A stretch of 47,023 bases of DNA from Halioglobus sp. (GCA_041307045.1 JBFZEF010000238.1:1-47023); one strand, 5' to 3'. Positions 32,846 to 40,907 are shown, numbered from the stretch's first letter. Notes: a model not told the origin generated them from the sequence alone. Made by a program: numbers and translations.

Positions 32846-33885
32846 GGGCTTGTCGGTCGGCCGAGTCCGCCTGTCTCGCGGTGTCCCCTGGGTGAAATCC
32901 CGTGCCAGCGCTTGAAGGCGCGAGAGAAGTTGCTGGTGTCGGCGAAGCCAAGAAGAAACGCTATTTCAGTAATCGAAAGGGCCGGCTGCGAGAGGTAGCC
33001 GAGGGACAGCTCGAATCGGGTCTCTTCAACCAGTGCGTGAAATGTGGTGCCGCGTTCGGCCAGCCTGAGCTGTAATGCCGACTGGCTGAAGCCAAGTTCA
33101 CGGGCGATATTGGCCCGGTTGCATGCGCCGGTCGGCAGCCCTTCGACAATAGCGGCGCGGACCCGCGCGACAACATCGTGGCGGTTCAGCCGGACCAGGC
33201 AATCGGCGGCGATCCGGTCGTTGAACTGGGCCAGGTCAGGGCAGGCGCCTGCGAGCGGTTCGTCCATCGCGGCGGCGGCAAAGACCAGCGCGCCCTCGGC
33301 GCAGCCGAATTGTGGCGTTACGCCAAGTTCCTGGGCATAGGGCCCAGCGCCTTGCGCGGGACAGTTGTGGTGAAAGTCGACCCTCACCGGAGCCAGGGGC
33401 TTGCCGTAAAGCAGGCGCATGAACCGCAAGGTGAAGGCGAAAAAGGCGTCTTCTGTTTCGCCGCAAAGATCAGCCTGAAGGCGAAAGCGCAGCGCTACCC
33501 AAGCGCCTGTCCGCTCGGTCCGCATCAAGGCCGCTTGTGAGACTATGGCGAAATAACGCTGCAGTCGCAGGCAGAAATCCCACAGCGTCCGACTGGCCAT
33601 CAACGCATAGCCCAGCGCATGGATGTTTGATGCATGAATGAACCGCGCCACTGTCAGTCCGAAATAGGGATCGCCGGTCTCTTCTACGGAAATCCTGAAT
33701 AATCTTGACACCTGACTCACGCTCAGGCGATTGAGCGGGTCGTTGCGCGGGGTTTCGCCAAGTCCGGCACGGCTGAGTACGCTGGCGCTGTCGATCCCCC
33801 GGTGGTGCAGTGCTCGTGCAATTGCTCCGGCATAACCAGCGATCACTGATGGCTCGGCAGTGGATTTTTGCTGGACGTTTGTCAT
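32842..33885 (-). CDS. AraC family transcriptional regulator (AraC-binding-like N-domain)
   Basis: C-terminal HTH ..[51 protein letters not shown]. Divergent from the acyl-CoA operon. Confidence 0.85.
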   Translation of the reverse strand: MTNVQQKSTAEPSVIAGYAGAIARALHHRGIDSASVLSRAGLGETPRNDPLNRLSVSQVSRLFRISVEETGDPYFGLTVARFIHASNIHALGYALMASRTLWDFCLRLQRYFAIVSQAALMRTERTGAWVALRFRLQADLCGETEDAFFAFTLRFMRLLYGKPLAPVRVDFHHNCPAQGAGPYAQELGVTPQFGCAEGALVFAAAAMDEPLAGACPDLAQFNDRIAADCLVRLNRHDVVARVRAAIVEGLPTGACNRANIARELGFSQSALQLRLAERGTTFHALVEETRFELSLGYLSQPALSITEIAFLLGFADTSNFSRAFKRWHGISPRGHRETGGLGRPTSP

Positions 33886-34086
33886 TTCAGTCTCGATATT
33901 GACTGTACTGCGATTTTAACGCAACTGACCAAATAATTGACGGCAATGACAGGCGCGGATTGCATTAGCCGCTAGGCTGGCCCGACATCCCGCGGAGCAG
34001 CGCAATGGTCGCTCTTCCTGGCGGTGGCCGATGATCAACCCCAACTGAACGAGTGCGATCCGGCGTGGCCGGCAAGGTAAGGTGGC

Positions 34087-34869
34087 ATGAGCGAAGCACC
34101 ACTGATTGTTGAGACGTTCGGCTCAGTGACCCAACTGACCATGAACCGCCCGAAGGCGATGAATGCGCTGAATCTGGCCATGCTGGAGTCCTTTTCGACC
34201 CATTTGCCCAGGCTGGCCGCTGACGATGCCTGCCGGGTGCTGGTTCTTACCGGCAGCGGCACGGCATTCTGTGCCGGGGCCGATCTCAAGCAGGCGCTGG
34301 GAGGCAACCCCGCTCCCGGTGAGCCGGACTTCCTGGACTGTGCACGCGAAGTCTTGCAGCTGCTGGCGGCCTTTCCCAAGCCGGTGATCGCAGCGCTGAA
34401 TGGCCTGACCATGGCTGGCGGGCTGGAACTGGCGATGTGTGCCGACGTTCTGGTTGCAGCCGAAAGCGCCCGGATCGGCGATGCCCACGCCAATTTCGGG
34501 GTTTATCCCGGTGGTGGTGGCGCTGCGGTACTGCCGCGGGTAGTGCCGCTGCACACAGCGCTGTATCTGCTTTTCACCGGCACCACGCTTTCCGCCGCAG
34601 AGTTCAAGGCCCTGGGCCTGGTCAGCGAAGTCCATCCGGACGGCCAACTGGCAGAGCGGGCGCTGGCGCTGGCGGAAAAGATCGCAGCGAAAAGCCCGAC
34701 GGCGCTGCGGCGGATGAAGGAAGTGGCGCGCGCCAGTGCCGACAAGAGTCGCGCCGACGCCCTGCTGCACGAACAGGTGATGCTGCGCGCTCACCTTCGC
34801 TCGGCCGACCTGGCCGAGGGGTTGGCCGCGTTTGCCGAAAAGCGCGCGCCGCGCTTCACTGGCAAATAG
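34087..34869 (+). CDS. enoyl-CoA hydratase/isomerase (crotonase) family protein
   Basis: LNRPKAMNAL, VLTGSGTAFCAGADL, and ALNGLTMAGGLELAMCADV oxyanion-hole/catalytic segments. Confidence 0.85.
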   Translation: MSEAPLIVETFGSVTQLTMNRPKAMNALNLAMLESFSTHLPRLAADDACRVLVLTGSGTAFCAGADLKQALGGNPAPGEPDFLDCAREVLQLLAAFPKPVIAALNGLTMAGGLELAMCADVLVAAESARIGDAHANFGVYPGGGGAAVLPRVVPLHTALYLLFTGTTLSAAEFKALGLVSEVHPDGQLAERALALAEKIAAKSPTALRRMKEVARASADKSRADALLHEQVMLRAHLRSADLAEGLAAFAEKRAPRFTGK

Positions 34870-34881
34870 GGAGCGCAGACA

Positions 34882-36039
34882 ATGGGCCATGTATTCCACT
34901 CTCCCGAGCAGTCGCTGGCGACCGATACGCTGCGCCGCTATCTTGCCGCCGAAGTCGAGCCGCTGTTCAGCAGAACCTACCGCGACCGCTTCATGCCACG
35001 CGACGTTATGGTAGTACTGATGCAGCGATTGAGCAGCTTCGGCCTGGTCAGCGGCATTGTTAGCGAAGCACACGGCGGCCAGGGGCTGGACTGGCTGGGC
35101 AGCCTGATGCTGTTCGAGGAAGTGGCTGCCGCATCGGTCGATCTTTCAATCCCGGTGCTGATCAATTCCTTCGGCGCGTACCTGCTCGAAAAGGTCGCCC
35201 CACCGCAGCTGCGCGAACGCTACCTGCCCGGCCTGATCGCGGGTGAGCACTTTGTCAGCATCGGTATTTCCGAGACGGGGGCGGGCTCCAACGTGCTCGA
35301 AGTGCGGACCCGCGCGCGGCGTGACGGCGATCACTGGGTGATTAGTGGCGAGAAGACCTGGATCAGTAATGGTGCCTATTCCGATTTCCTGATCTGCACC
35401 TGTCGCACATCCGACGATCCGCGTGGCGGCCTGACCCAAATACTGGTCGACCGGCACGAGCACGGCTATGACGTGCAGGGCATCGACAAGATCGCGCTCA
35501 ACACCCAGTCAACCGCGCAGATCTTCCTCGATGACGTGCGTGTGCCGGTGGCAAATACTATCGGCGAGGAAGGCCAGGCACTGCGGGCCACGCTGGCGCT
35601 GTTCGAAAAATCACGGGCTTTCGTGGCGATGCAATCGGTTGGCCTGGCGCGCCGCGCGCTGGATGAGGCGGTGGCCTATGCCAAAGAACGCCGCCAGCAC
35701 GGCAAGGTGATTGCAGGGCATCAGCTGGTCGCGGCGATGCTGGCCGAGATGGCGACCAAAGTCGATGCCGCACGCCTGCTGGTGCACCGTGCCGCGCAGA
35801 TGTTCGACGCCGGGGTGGGCGCAGAAATGGAAGCAGCGATGGCCAAGTATTTTGCCTGCGAAGCGGCAGTTACGGTCGCACGCCAGGCCGTGCAAATCCA
35901 TGGTGGAAACGGCGTGACCCGCAGTTATCTGGTCGAAAAGCTTGCGCGGGAGGCGATCGTCTGCCCGATCCCTGAAGGCACTACCCAGATCCAGCAACTG
36001 ATCATTGGTCGCGCACTTACAGGTGTGGCCGCGTTCTGA
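34882..36039 (+). CDS. acyl-CoA dehydrogenase family protein
   Basis: 385 aa; GSNVLEVRTRARRDGDHWVISGEKTWISNG and C-terminal IHGGNG...PEGTTQIQQLIIGRAL (catalytic-Glu region). Confidence 0.9.
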   Translation: MGHVFHSPEQSLATDTLRRYLAAEVEPLFSRTYRDRFMPRDVMVVLMQRLSSFGLVSGIVSEAHGGQGLDWLGSLMLFEEVAAASVDLSIPVLINSFGAYLLEKVAPPQLRERYLPGLIAGEHFVSIGISETGAGSNVLEVRTRARRDGDHWVISGEKTWISNGAYSDFLICTCRTSDDPRGGLTQILVDRHEHGYDVQGIDKIALNTQSTAQIFLDDVRVPVANTIGEEGQALRATLALFEKSRAFVAMQSVGLARRALDEAVAYAKERRQHGKVIAGHQLVAAMLAEMATKVDAARLLVHRAAQMFDAGVGAEMEAAMAKYFACEAAVTVARQAVQIHGGNGVTRSYLVEKLAREAIVCPIPEGTTQIQQLIIGRALTGVAAF

Positions 36040-36065
36040 ACCCCAGGGGAGAAAGGAAAGCCGGA

Positions 36066-36839
36066 ATGAATATTCAAGACAAGGTCGTGGTCATCACTGG
36101 CGGCGCTTCGGGTCTCGGCCATGCAGCTGCGCGCTACCTGATCGAGCAGAAGGGTGCCAAGATCGCCATCCTCGATGTCAATGCCGAGGCCGGAGAAAAA
36201 GCTGCCGCTGAACTGGGCGAGCGCGCCATGTTCGTAGCAACCGATGTCACCAGCGACAGCTCCGTCCGGGCAGCAGTTGCAATGGTTGTCGCCCGCTTCG
36301 GCACCGTCCATGCCTGCATCAACTGCGCAGCGATCCTCGGCCCTTCCAAGGTGCTCGACAAGGAAGGCAAGGCCACACCGCTCGCGCGTTTCGCCCAGAT
36401 GGCCGCGGTCAATCTGGTTGGGGTGTTCAACGTAATGGGCCAGTGCGCCGAGCAGATGGCGAAGAACGAGCCGGAAGGTGGCGAGGAGCGTGGGGTGGTG
36501 ATCAATATTTCCTCCGGTGCGGCCTTTGAAGGACAAGTCGGGCAGTGCGCGTATGCATCGACCAAAGCCGGGGTGATCGGGCTCAACATGCCGGCGGCGC
36601 GAGAGCTGGGCGCGCACGGCATCCGTGTCAATGCGATTGCGCCCGGGCTGTTTCTCACCCCCATGGCCGCCCAGGTTGGCCCCGAAGTCCTGGAATCGCT
36701 CAAGGCCATGACGGAAGCCCCCAGGCGTCTGGGCAACCCGCTGGAGTTTGCCCATTGCTGTGCCTTCATCATCGAGAACGCCTATCTGAATGGCGAGACA
36801 ATCCGGCTCGACGCGGCCTCGCGGCTCAGGGGGCGCTAG
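36066..36839 (+). CDS. SDR family oxidoreductase, 3-hydroxyacyl-CoA dehydrogenase type-2-like
   Basis: TGGASGLG cofactor motif, catalytic YASTK, PGLFLTPM. Resembles the HSD17B10/FadB2x-type SDRs as I remember them. Confidence 0.8.
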   Translation: MNIQDKVVVITGGASGLGHAAARYLIEQKGAKIAILDVNAEAGEKAAAELGERAMFVATDVTSDSSVRAAVAMVVARFGTVHACINCAAILGPSKVLDKEGKATPLARFAQMAAVNLVGVFNVMGQCAEQMAKNEPEGGEERGVVINISSGAAFEGQVGQCAYASTKAGVIGLNMPAARELGAHGIRVNAIAPGLFLTPMAAQVGPEVLESLKAMTEAPRRLGNPLEFAHCCAFIIENAYLNGETIRLDAASRLRGR

Positions 36840-36842
36840 GCT

Positions 36843-38420
36843 TTGAAGCTAAATTTCTGCCGCACCATGCGACTGATCGCCCAGCGCCACGGCGACCGCG
36901 AGGCAATCGTCAACGTCGAGCGCAACAGGCGTTACAGCTACCGTGAGTATCACCTGCTGACCAACCGTATCGCCAATACCCTGCGGGACCTGCTGGGCGT
37001 TGGACCGGGGGAGCGGTTCATGGTGATCCTCGAGAACGATAACCTGACGCTGCTGCAACTGCCTGTCTTCCTCAAGCAGCAGGGGATAGCGGTGATGACT
37101 AACCTGCGCGATTCAATGGAAGAGCACCAGCGGCAGGTCGAATTTGTACAGCCAAAAGTAGTGTTCCTTGAAAGCCCTCTGTTGGCCACTCACCTGCCAA
37201 TGCTGCAGGCGGCTGGCTGCATCGTTGTGGCAATGGACCCGGTGGACAAGCTGCCATCAGGGGTGCTGGACTTCTGGAGCCTGATTGCGGCGGCGAGTGA
37301 CAAGGACAACGATGTCGCGCTCGATCAGCACGCCCACACCGTGTTGATGCGCTTCACCGGCGGCACCACCGGCAAGAGCAAGTGCACGATGTACTCGCCC
37401 GATAACCTCATGGGGTGCCGCGATAGTGCCTTCATCCATCCCGAACTGGGATTCGATGCCCAGACCCGCATGCTTCACGTCGCCCCACTTTCGCATGGGA
37501 CGCAGATGCTGTTCCATCCCACACTGTTTGCTGGCGGCACCAATATCACCATGAACGCGCTCGACCTGGAAGGGTGGATCGATACGGTGGAGAGCGAAGG
37601 CGTCACACATTCGTTCCTGGTGCCCACCGCGCTCTATCGATTGCTTGAGCTGCAGTGCGCCCGGCCACGTGATCTCGGTACGCTGTGCACGCTGGTTTAC
37701 GGCGCGGCGCCCATGAGCCCGTCCAAACTTCAGGATCTGCTGGGGTGCTTCGGGCCGATCTTCGTCCAGTGTTATGCCGCGACCGAGGCGACGATGATCA
37801 TATCGGTGTTGGACAAGGACGATCACCGTACCGGCAGCGCCGCGGCGCTGGATCGGCTGGCTTCGGCGGGGAGGCTCACGCCAGGCGTGGAGGTATTCAT
37901 CACTGATAAGGACGGTAACGAACTTCCCGTGGGTCAGACCGGGGAAATCCGTATTCGCTGCCGTGCCATTGCCCAGGGCTATTACCGCAATCCCGAGGGC
38001 ACGGCCGCTGAATTCGCTGACGATGTCTGGCGTTCCGGGGATCTCGGGTTGATCGACACGGCCGGCTACCTGTTTATCGTAGACCGGCTCAAAGACATGA
38101 TTATCAGCGGCGGCTTCAATGTCTATGCAATCGAGGTGGAAGCCGCGCTGGCCTCACATCCGGCGGTACTGATGGCCGCGGTAGTCGGCATTCCCCACGC
38201 GGAGTGGGGCGAGGCAGTGCACGCTGAGATCGTGCTGCGCAAAGGCATTGAAGTTGCTCCTGAAAGCCTTGTCGATCACGTCAAACAGCAGCTTGGCGGC
38301 TACAAGGCGCCCAAGTCGCTGTTGTTTGTTGACAATCTGCCGCTCTCGCCGGTCGGCAAGGTCTTGCGGCGCGAGGTTCGCGCGAAATACTGGCAGGGCC
38401 GTGCGCGGAGTGTGAATTAA
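36843..38420 (+). CDS. AMP-forming acyl-CoA synthetase/ligase
   Basis: FTGGTTGKSK AMP-binding motif, GEIRIRC..GYY, SGDLG..D..GY..DRLKDMIISGGFNVY, C-terminal PLSPVGKVLRRE. Start is TTG 36843 or ATG 36867. Confidence 0.85.
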   Translation: MKLNFCRTMRLIAQRHGDREAIVNVERNRRYSYREYHLLTNRIANTLRDLLGVGPGERFMVILENDNLTLLQLPVFLKQQGIAVMTNLRDSMEEHQRQVEFVQPKVVFLESPLLATHLPMLQAAGCIVVAMDPVDKLPSGVLDFWSLIAAASDKDNDVALDQHAHTVLMRFTGGTTGKSKCTMYSPDNLMGCRDSAFIHPELGFDAQTRMLHVAPLSHGTQMLFHPTLFAGGTNITMNALDLEGWIDTVESEGVTHSFLVPTALYRLLELQCARPRDLGTLCTLVYGAAPMSPSKLQDLLGCFGPIFVQCYAATEATMIISVLDKDDHRTGSAAALDRLASAGRLTPGVEVFITDKDGNELPVGQTGEIRIRCRAIAQGYYRNPEGTAAEFADDVWRSGDLGLIDTAGYLFIVDRLKDMIISGGFNVYAIEVEAALASHPAVLMAAVVGIPHAEWGEAVHAEIVLRKGIEVAPESLVDHVKQQLGGYKAPKSLLFVDNLPLSPVGKVLRREVRAKYWQGRARSVN

Positions 38421-38421
38421 G

Positions 38422-38892
38422 TCAGGCCGCACCCGCGGCGCCTGAACCAGCCTTGACCATGACAATTTCGTCAGTTGCGTCCCGATACCGAGCCTCTTTC
38501 TCCTTTCCTGCCTGGACAAATCCAAGCTTGCGCAGCATGCCCTCCGAGCGATAATTCTTCGCCTTCAGGACTGCGAAGAACATGTTGACGCCATAGTTCT
38601 CCTGCAACTCTCGCAGCACCTCTCCTACCGCGCTGCTGCCGATGCCCTGACGCCAGTACAGACTGTTCAGTTCATAGGCCACAAACGAGGTTTGATCTGG
38701 CAGAACGGTAGCCTGCACGTACCCTGCGAGCCTGCCGCCGGGAAGGCGAATCACCCAGTTGAGCCACTGTTCCGTGCCGTCACCCGAGCTGCGACTTTCC
38801 AAACGTTGGTAGCGCTCGGTGAGCCAATCTTCGCTGATTGGCGGTGAGTTCTCGAACTCATAGATTGCCGGGTCGCACAGAACAGAAAACAT
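38422..38892 (-). CDS. GNAT family N-acetyltransferase, N-terminus problematic (no canonical start at the expected position)
   Basis: WRQGIGSSAVGEVLREL..AVLKAKNYRSEGMLRKLGF acetyl-CoA binding core. The frame stays open and GNAT-like upstream to 38985, but contains only ATA at the expected start (see finding). Confidence 0.7.
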   Translation of the reverse strand: MFSVLCDPAIYEFENSPPISEDWLTERYQRLESRSSGDGTEQWLNWVIRLPGGRLAGYVQATVLPDQTSFVAYELNSLYWRQGIGSSAVGEVLRELQENYGVNMFFAVLKAKNYRSEGMLRKLGFVQAGKEKEARYRDATDEIVMVKAGSGAAGAA

Positions 38893-38951
38893 CTCTGGTG
38901 CGTGCGCGGCGACCAGTGGTTCCAGGATGCAGTGCGATGCGGTTAGGGTTT

Positions 38952-39029
38952 TTATGTTGCGGCGCTCCGAACATAAAACTTTGCCTCAACTGCTTTACTA
39001 CTCTCGAAGTTTCTAAGCTCGATATTCAT
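38952..39029 (-). pseudogene. 25-codon stub resembling the N-terminus of a GNAT (truncated cassette gene?)
   Basis: MNIELRNFESSKAVEAKFYVRSAAT*. It begins 11 nt after the attC-like site and is AT-rich. Very short, so only suggestive. Confidence 0.3.
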
Positions 39030-39040
39030 ATCAGGCACCA

Positions 39041-39106
39041 AAATAACATTGAGAGCACGGGCGCCGAGTAGCTGCGTCCCGGGCCGAGTCGCTTGAACTG
39101 TTATAC
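39041..39106 (-). other. attC-like recombination site A (66 nt)
   Basis: Minus strand: GTATAAC AGTTCAAGCGAC TCGGCC CGGGACGC AGCTACTCG GCGCCCG TGCTCTCAAT GTTATTT. It has AAC/GTT outer boxes, a bulged inner box and a GC-rich central stem, and starts 5 nt after the methyltransferase stop. Confidence 0.6.
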
Positions 39107-39111
39107 GATCC

Positions 39112-39714
39112 TTATCGCGTAGCTTTTAAAAGAAAAACACTGAAGTCGCCCTGTGGTTTGCAAACCACACTCGCATCTGCAATGGACACCTGTTGAAAAC
39201 CAGCAGTCATTGCAATATTTTCAATTTCCTTTCTATCAAAGCCAAAATGGCACACGCCCGTATCTTCTGTGTGAAAGCTACCGTCTTCCTTATCGAGGTC
39301 TGAAATGGCAATAAAGCCACCATCAGTTAGCAAGGCGTAGAACTTCCTGAACATGGCCTCAACATCTTTCACATGATGCATTGTCATTGATGAAATAATT
39401 CCATCGAACCTGCCTGAAATTTCTTTGGATTCAAGATCGATTTCAAGAATCTCAAGTTCACAGTCAAGCCTTTGCCGCTTGTATTCCAGTTGTTCATTCA
39501 TTGAGCTTGAAATGTCGACTGCCGTAATTTTCCCTACATACGGGGCCACTCTCTCTAGCAACAGACCTGTACCTGAGCCGAAATCCATCAAGTGCATCTG
39601 TTTCGATAAGCTGGTGCTGTTGACAATTGCATTGGCAATATTATCGACATTATCAACTCGACTCCTGGTTTGTTCGTAGCTTTTTGCCTTATGTGCAAAG
39701 AGATCTCTACTCAC
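39112..39714 (-). CDS. class I SAM-dependent methyltransferase
   Basis: Motif I LMDFGSGTGLL, then ITAVDIS, and post-I/II segments. GTG 39714 is preceded by GAGG; the track ORF start at 39864 would overlap the upstream GNAT. Confidence 0.85.
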   Translation of the reverse strand: MSRDLFAHKAKSYEQTRSRVDNVDNIANAIVNSTSLSKQMHLMDFGSGTGLLLERVAPYVGKITAVDISSSMNEQLEYKRQRLDCELEILEIDLESKEISGRFDGIISSMTMHHVKDVEAMFRKFYALLTDGGFIAISDLDKEDGSFHTEDTGVCHFGFDRKEIENIAMTAGFQQVSIADASVVCKPQGDFSVFLLKATR

Positions 39715-39745
39715 CTGAACTACCTCTGGGTGTTTAACGTTCGAG

Positions 39746-40264
39746 CTAAGCTGAATTTGGGCGACTTCTGACAAGTGCCCAGCGTTCGTGGTCACGCCAG
39801 CGACCGCCGAGCTTGAGGTAGGCAGGCGAGTAGCCCTCTTTGCTGAAGCCGCATGAACGTACAAGTGCCAGCGAAGACATGTTGGCAGGCTGTATGTTGG
39901 CCTCCAACCGATGTAGCTTAAGTTGGCGGAAGGCGTACCGCGCCACGAGAGAGAGACCTCGCTTCATGTAGCCATGGCCCTCATAACCGGCGAATGCAAA
40001 GTAGCCGAGGTACCCGCTCTGGAAGACGCCGTAGACCACGTTCGTGAGATTGATTGCACCAGCGAGTTCACCAGACTCGGTTAGCACGACTACGAAACCG
40101 AAGTTGTTCTTGTCATCGAGGCGGGCGACGTATCGAGCAAAGGCCGCCTTGTCGCATGGTGCTGAGATCCATGGTCGATGAAACTCACGGCTTCGGAGTG
40201 CAGCGGCAATAAATGCCTGCTGGTCGGAAGCCTCTACAGCTCGGATGGCAACGGATTGAGACAT
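39746..40264 (-). CDS. GNAT family N-acetyltransferase (RimJ/RimL-like)
   Basis: From MSQSVAIRAVEASD; HRLEANIQPANMSSLALVRSCGFSKEGYSPAYLKLGGRWRDHERWAL is RimJ-like. Confidence 0.85.
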   Translation of the reverse strand: MSQSVAIRAVEASDQQAFIAAALRSREFHRPWISAPCDKAAFARYVARLDDKNNFGFVVVLTESGELAGAINLTNVVYGVFQSGYLGYFAFAGYEGHGYMKRGLSLVARYAFRQLKLHRLEANIQPANMSSLALVRSCGFSKEGYSPAYLKLGGRWRDHERWALVRSRPNSA

Positions 40265-40267
40265 GCA

Positions 40268-40338
40268 GCCTAACGCCTTAAGCACGGAGGGCGAAACCGC
40301 GCAGCGGTTTTGACGTCCGGTGCCTTGACTTGTTATGG
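40268..40338 (-). other. attC-like recombination site B (71 nt)
   Basis: Minus strand: CCATAAC AAGTCAAGGCAC CGGACGTCA AAACCGC TGC GCGGTTT CGCCCTCC GTGCTTAAGGC GTTAGGC. The core is a perfect GTTRRRY. The site lies 47 nt after the cupin stop and ends 3 nt before the next ATG. Confidence 0.65.
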
Positions 40339-40385
40339 GGCGGCCCTACCGAACAGACCGTGAATTTGAAACGGACATAGTGATA

Positions 40386-40871
40386 TCAAACTCCTAATAC
40401 CTTCGGAGGATTTTCCCCCTGAGCTTCACACAATGAATAGTACACATCCAACATAGCTCCCGCGTCCAAAACACTCTCGACTTCATCCTGACTGTTTAGA
40501 TTGAGATTGGCCCCATTCATCACGAAACATACTTCCGTATCTTCGGTGTTGCTGTCGGGTACGTGCAAGGTGTGTATTGATCCGGCCGGCTCATATAGAT
40601 ACGAGCCGGCGATGTTAATGTCGTTCGGGTACTCTAGGTAATACCAGGAGCCTGAACTAGTAAATGCAAATATTTCACCTGTGTGCTTATGCTTCTGGAC
40701 AGTAGTTCCGGGAGCGAACAACGTGCGTATAACCCACAAACCTGATTCGATGCTCACCTGCAGCAGTTGCAGCTTGAAGCTCCCTTTGTCGATGAAAGGA
40801 AGTTCGGAAGTCAGGCTGATATACGGTAAATCAGCAGACTGTCTTAGCATAGCAGCGGGAATGGTGCTCAT
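40386..40871 (-). CDS. cupin-fold protein, 2,4'-dihydroxyacetophenone dioxygenase-like
   Basis: From MSTIPAAM (GGAG SD); QKHKHTGEIFAFTSSGSWYY...YEPAGSIHTLH cupin metal-binding motifs. Confidence 0.72.
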   Translation of the reverse strand: MSTIPAAMLRQSADLPYISLTSELPFIDKGSFKLQLLQVSIESGLWVIRTLFAPGTTVQKHKHTGEIFAFTSSGSWYYLEYPNDINIAGSYLYEPAGSIHTLHVPDSNTEDTEVCFVMNGANLNLNSQDEVESVLDAGAMLDVYYSLCEAQGENPPKVLGV

Positions 40872-40907
40872 TATTGGATCTCCAATTTTAGTATTATAGT
40901 GAGCCAA

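Noticed and set aside
34087-38420. Complete fatty-acid beta-oxidation operon
   Set aside because: No thiolase is present in or next to the operon, so I describe it only as a partial acyl-CoA oxidation module of unknown substrate.
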